Source: Thecamonas trahens ATCC 50062
Taxonomy: Eukaryota; Protista; Apusomonadida
Length of the DNA stretch: 64,000 nucleotides
Reading direction: 5' to 3'
Assembly (NCBI RefSeq): GCF_000142905.1
Contig: NW_013657655.1
Span: 248,001-312,000 of the forward strand
Below, in pieces: positions 61,485 to 64,000 of the stretch. The position numbers were made by a program, and so were the translations under genes. Under the pieces are notes generated by a model. It was not told the DNA's origin. It did no database searches and saw only the letters and a program-made list of their open reading frames with translations. Position 1 is the stretch's first letter, and every line of letters begins with the position of its first letter.

Positions 61485-63392
61485 CTAGCTCTGCCACGGC
61501 CGCAGCACCGCGAAAAGGCCGTGCGCTCGGCGCTTTGCAGAAAACGGCGCCTGGATCGCTGACTGTGGGAGTCGGCTCACTCCGCCTCCTGTCGGCGCTG
61601 GCGTCATGGTTGCGGCCATTGCCAGGGTGTCAGAGCTCGGCGTCGGCTGCGAGGGCGACGACCGGCTGCGGTCAGCCGATGGAAGTAGCGCTGAACGAAG
61701 TTGCGCACCGCTGCAGTCGCGCGGGAAAGGAACAACCGGGGCCTGGGTGATGAAGCCCTCGAGTGCCGCCGCCAGTCGGGCCTGGCGGGTGGCGGCGGCG
61801 GCGTCGCCGGTCGCAGCGTCGGCGATGGTTGCCGAGCCGCTCAACGGCGGATCCAGGCGTGCCTCCCAGGGTTGAAAGCCGCGGAGCTCAATGTCCTCCT
61901 CCAGCACGTTTCCGGGCGCGCTGGGTAAGCCTCGCTCGCTATCGCGGAGCGCCGCAAGGGCCTCAGCGGCCCGGGCGACAGCGGTGTGGAGCGCGGCAGC
62001 GATAGTCTCGTCCGACGCGCCGAGAGCGTGGACGCGGCTGGCGGCGGCGTGGAGCCAACCGGCAACAATGCATGCACCGGTCACGGCCGCTGCACACTGA
62101 TGGGTAAATATGGCGTCGAGAAAGTCGGTGAGAAGGTGGAGCACGAGGACAATGGCAAACGGCGGCGCAGTGCCAGCGCGCCAGGCGTGGGCGGTGTAAA
62201 CACAAACGACCGCAAGGTGTAGCGCAGTGCAGCGAGCGGCCGCATCGTTGTCGCCGAGCCCAAGCCCGCCGCGCTGGTGCAGCGATGGTGCCAAATCCGG
62301 GACGTCGGTAGGGGACGGGGAAGCAAGGATGGCAGCGTGGACGCAGACAAAACGGAGCGCGGCAGTCGACGATCGCCAGGTCGGCGGCGGGAGGCCCGAG
62401 CGAGGTCCAGCGGCGGCAGCCGGCCGTGCGGCCGCCGCCGCCGCGCCGCGCTTGATCGAGTGCTCCAGCAGTAGGGCAATGTTGTCGGTGACCGAGGGAA
62501 ACGGGAGCGGCGCCGCAAGCGCGCGGACATAGCGGTAGAGTGCAGTGAGCGGGTCGCGGGCGTAGGTGGCGAGGACGGCGAGCTGGTTGTGGGCGGCGCC
62601 AAGGCCAGGAGCGGCGGCCAGCGCAGCGTGGTACGCGGCACTGGCACCGTCCCACACACGCATGCTACGCGGGCGGACCAGCTGGCGGTAGCGGGAAACG
62701 TCGCCGGCGTGGAGGTGGCAGCGAGCGACTGCTGCTGCTGCTGCTGCTGTGGTGGCGGCGGCGGAACCGGCAGACGCCGCGGATGCTGCAGGCGACAGGC
62801 GCCGCCTGTCGAGGCGAAACTTGCGGGTGAGCCTGTGGGCGAGTGCGGCGTAAAAGGCACCGGCCTCGTCAAGCAACTCATCGAGGGCGGCACGAGTGAC
62901 AGCGCATGCCGGACGCGCCTTGACTGCACCCCGCAACCGCTCGATGCCCGAGTAGTAGACGGCGGTCCAGATCCGCTGCTCGGCCGCCGGCGGCGCCGCC
63001 AGGCTTGCCTCGCCGGCAGTGAGGAGGAGGACATTGGCATAGCGGTTGCGGATCTCGATCCGGAGCGAACGCTCCGCCGCCACCTCTCCACCATCGCGGA
63101 ACCGTGCGAGCGCTGCCTCCTTCTTCCGGGTCTCGGCGAGGTAGCCGGCCACGTCGGCGATCGGCTTGCACGGGATGCGGACTCGTGTCGGGACTGTCGC
63201 CGCAGGCGCCGTCTTGCCAGGCGCCGCCCGTACCGGCCGGGCCGGAGACGCCGATCGTCGCCGCTTCCGACTCGGGCTCGCCGTGTCCAGCACTGCCGTA
63301 GCAGTCGAGGCTGATGTGGACGTGCCGCGCGCGGCTGATGATGACGGTCCGGCCGTCGCCCGTCGTGCGCGCGAGCGGCGGCGGCGAGGCAT
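61485..63392 (-). CDS. Est1/SMG5-6-7 family TPR (14-3-3-like) protein, no PIN domain (SMG7/Ebs1-like)
   Basis: RIWTAVYYSGIE, EAGAFYAAL, RCHLHAGDVSRYR, PGLGAAHNQLAVLA, YRYVRALAAPLPFP, LEEDIELRGF. Confidence 0.85.
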   Translation of the reverse strand: MPRRRRSRARRATAGPSSSAARGTSTSASTATAVLDTASPSRKRRRSASPARPVRAAPGKTAPAATVPTRVRIPCKPIADVAGYLAETRKKEAALARFRDGGEVAAERSLRIEIRNRYANVLLLTAGEASLAAPPAAEQRIWTAVYYSGIERLRGAVKARPACAVTRAALDELLDEAGAFYAALAHRLTRKFRLDRRRLSPAASAASAGSAAATTAAAAAAVARCHLHAGDVSRYRQLVRPRSMRVWDGASAAYHAALAAAPGLGAAHNQLAVLATYARDPLTALYRYVRALAAPLPFPSVTDNIALLLEHSIKRGAAAAAARPAAAAGPRSGLPPPTWRSSTAALRFVCVHAAILASPSPTDVPDLAPSLHQRGGLGLGDNDAAARCTALHLAVVCVYTAHAWRAGTAPPFAIVLVLHLLTDFLDAIFTHQCAAAVTGACIVAGWLHAAASRVHALGASDETIAAALHTAVARAAEALAALRDSERGLPSAPGNVLEEDIELRGFQPWEARLDPPLSGSATIADAATGDAAAATRQARLAAALEGFITQAPVVPFPRDCSGAQLRSALLPSADRSRSSPSQPTPSSDTLAMAATMTPAPTGGGVSRLPQSAIQAPFSAKRRAHGLFAVLRPWQS

Positions 63393-63685
63393 GCAAGAGA
63401 CGAGTGTGTCGTCGAAATCGGGGGGGACGAGAGAGAGGAGGGGCTGTGGGGGGAGAGAAGTAAGACGCGTGGGGAGGGGAGGGAGAAGGGGGTGTGGATG
63501 GGACAGCAGTGACTTTGCGCGTGCGTGGTGTGAGCGAGGGTGTGTGTGTGGGTGCGGAAAATGTGTGATCAACCAATCTGAATGGCGTGACATAGTCACC
63601 ACGGGGGGACGTTTCCTGTTTGGTTGGTGGTCGATGAGATGCCAGAAGGCGATGATGGTCACGAGAGTGTGCGTGTGTGTGACCT

Positions 63686-64000
63686 TTAAAAGAGAGCCTC
63701 CTCCGGATCAAGGGCCTCAAGGCCGACCAGCTGCCAAACGGACGGGTCCGAGGCGTCGCGCTGGACAGACCAGATGTACTGGACGTTCTGGATCGAGTCG
63801 GGGTCACCCTCGATGACGTTGCCTGCAGCGTCGCGGACGACCTGAACCTGCTGGACGGTGAAGGAGTAGAAGAGGGTCGGCTCCTTCTCGATGGGCTTGA
63901 TGGCGATCATCTCGAGCGGCGAGATGTGAAGGATGTGGGTGTCGTAGCGGCGCGACGCCGAGGCCGGCGGGAGCGTGCCCTCGAGGACGGTGAAGAACTT
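63686..64000 (-). CDS. TIM44: Mitochondrial import translocase TIM44, C-terminal part (5' end beyond window)
   Basis: DTHILHI..PTLFYSFTVQQVQVVRDAAGNVIEGDPDSIQNVQYIW..WQL. Confidence 0.85.
   Translation of the reverse strand, partial: KFFTVLEGTLPPASASRRYDTHILHISPLEMIAIKPIEKEPTLFYSFTVQQVQVVRDAAGNVIEGDPDSIQNVQYIWSVQRDASDPSVWQLVGLEALDPEEALF

Noticed and set aside
58929-63392. EEP nuclease and SMG7-like gene as a functional mRNA-decay cluster
   Set aside because: Adjacency alone in a gene-dense genome with otherwise unrelated neighbours is not evidence; it would need conserved synteny.

Overview
A gene-dense, GC-rich eukaryotic nuclear segment with three assembly gaps (12026-12435, 28741-28840, 40331-40507). 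I can support about 38 protein-coding genes. Introns are few (0-1 per gene), GT-AG, with GTAYGT donors, CTGAC/CTCAC branch points and long G/C homopolymer tracts. Cilium genes (D2LIC, DNAI7/CASC1), mitochondrial genes (FDXR, QCR7, PHB2, TIM44, Prx, FadE-type ACAD) and TSC1 point to a flagellated protist near the opisthokonts. An apusomonad such as Thecamonas is my inference, not a verified ID. All three stop codons are used. I found no rRNA, tRNA, CRISPR or recognisable mobile element. About 11 coding frameshifts, each repaired by adding one base and mostly at homopolymers, look like assembly under-calls; repairing them reveals fused architectures. Most notable: (1) a catalytically degenerate vasohibin domain fused to a degenerate CCR4/Angel-type EEP nuclease; (2) an articulin/alveolin-like VPGP-repeat protein whose ATG is split by an intron (candidate pellicle protein); (3) a divergent eRF1 with altered stop-recognition motifs; (4) a mitochondrial-type LpxA; (5) AlkB fused to a duplicated prokaryotic unknown domain; (6) a bacterial-type NDT-(dead NUDIX) fusion; (7) a tandem CAR-like double adenylation enzyme with a tail anchor; (8) a membrane-anchored tandem LC8 protein. 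All family assignments come from motif recognition by eye, not database searches.
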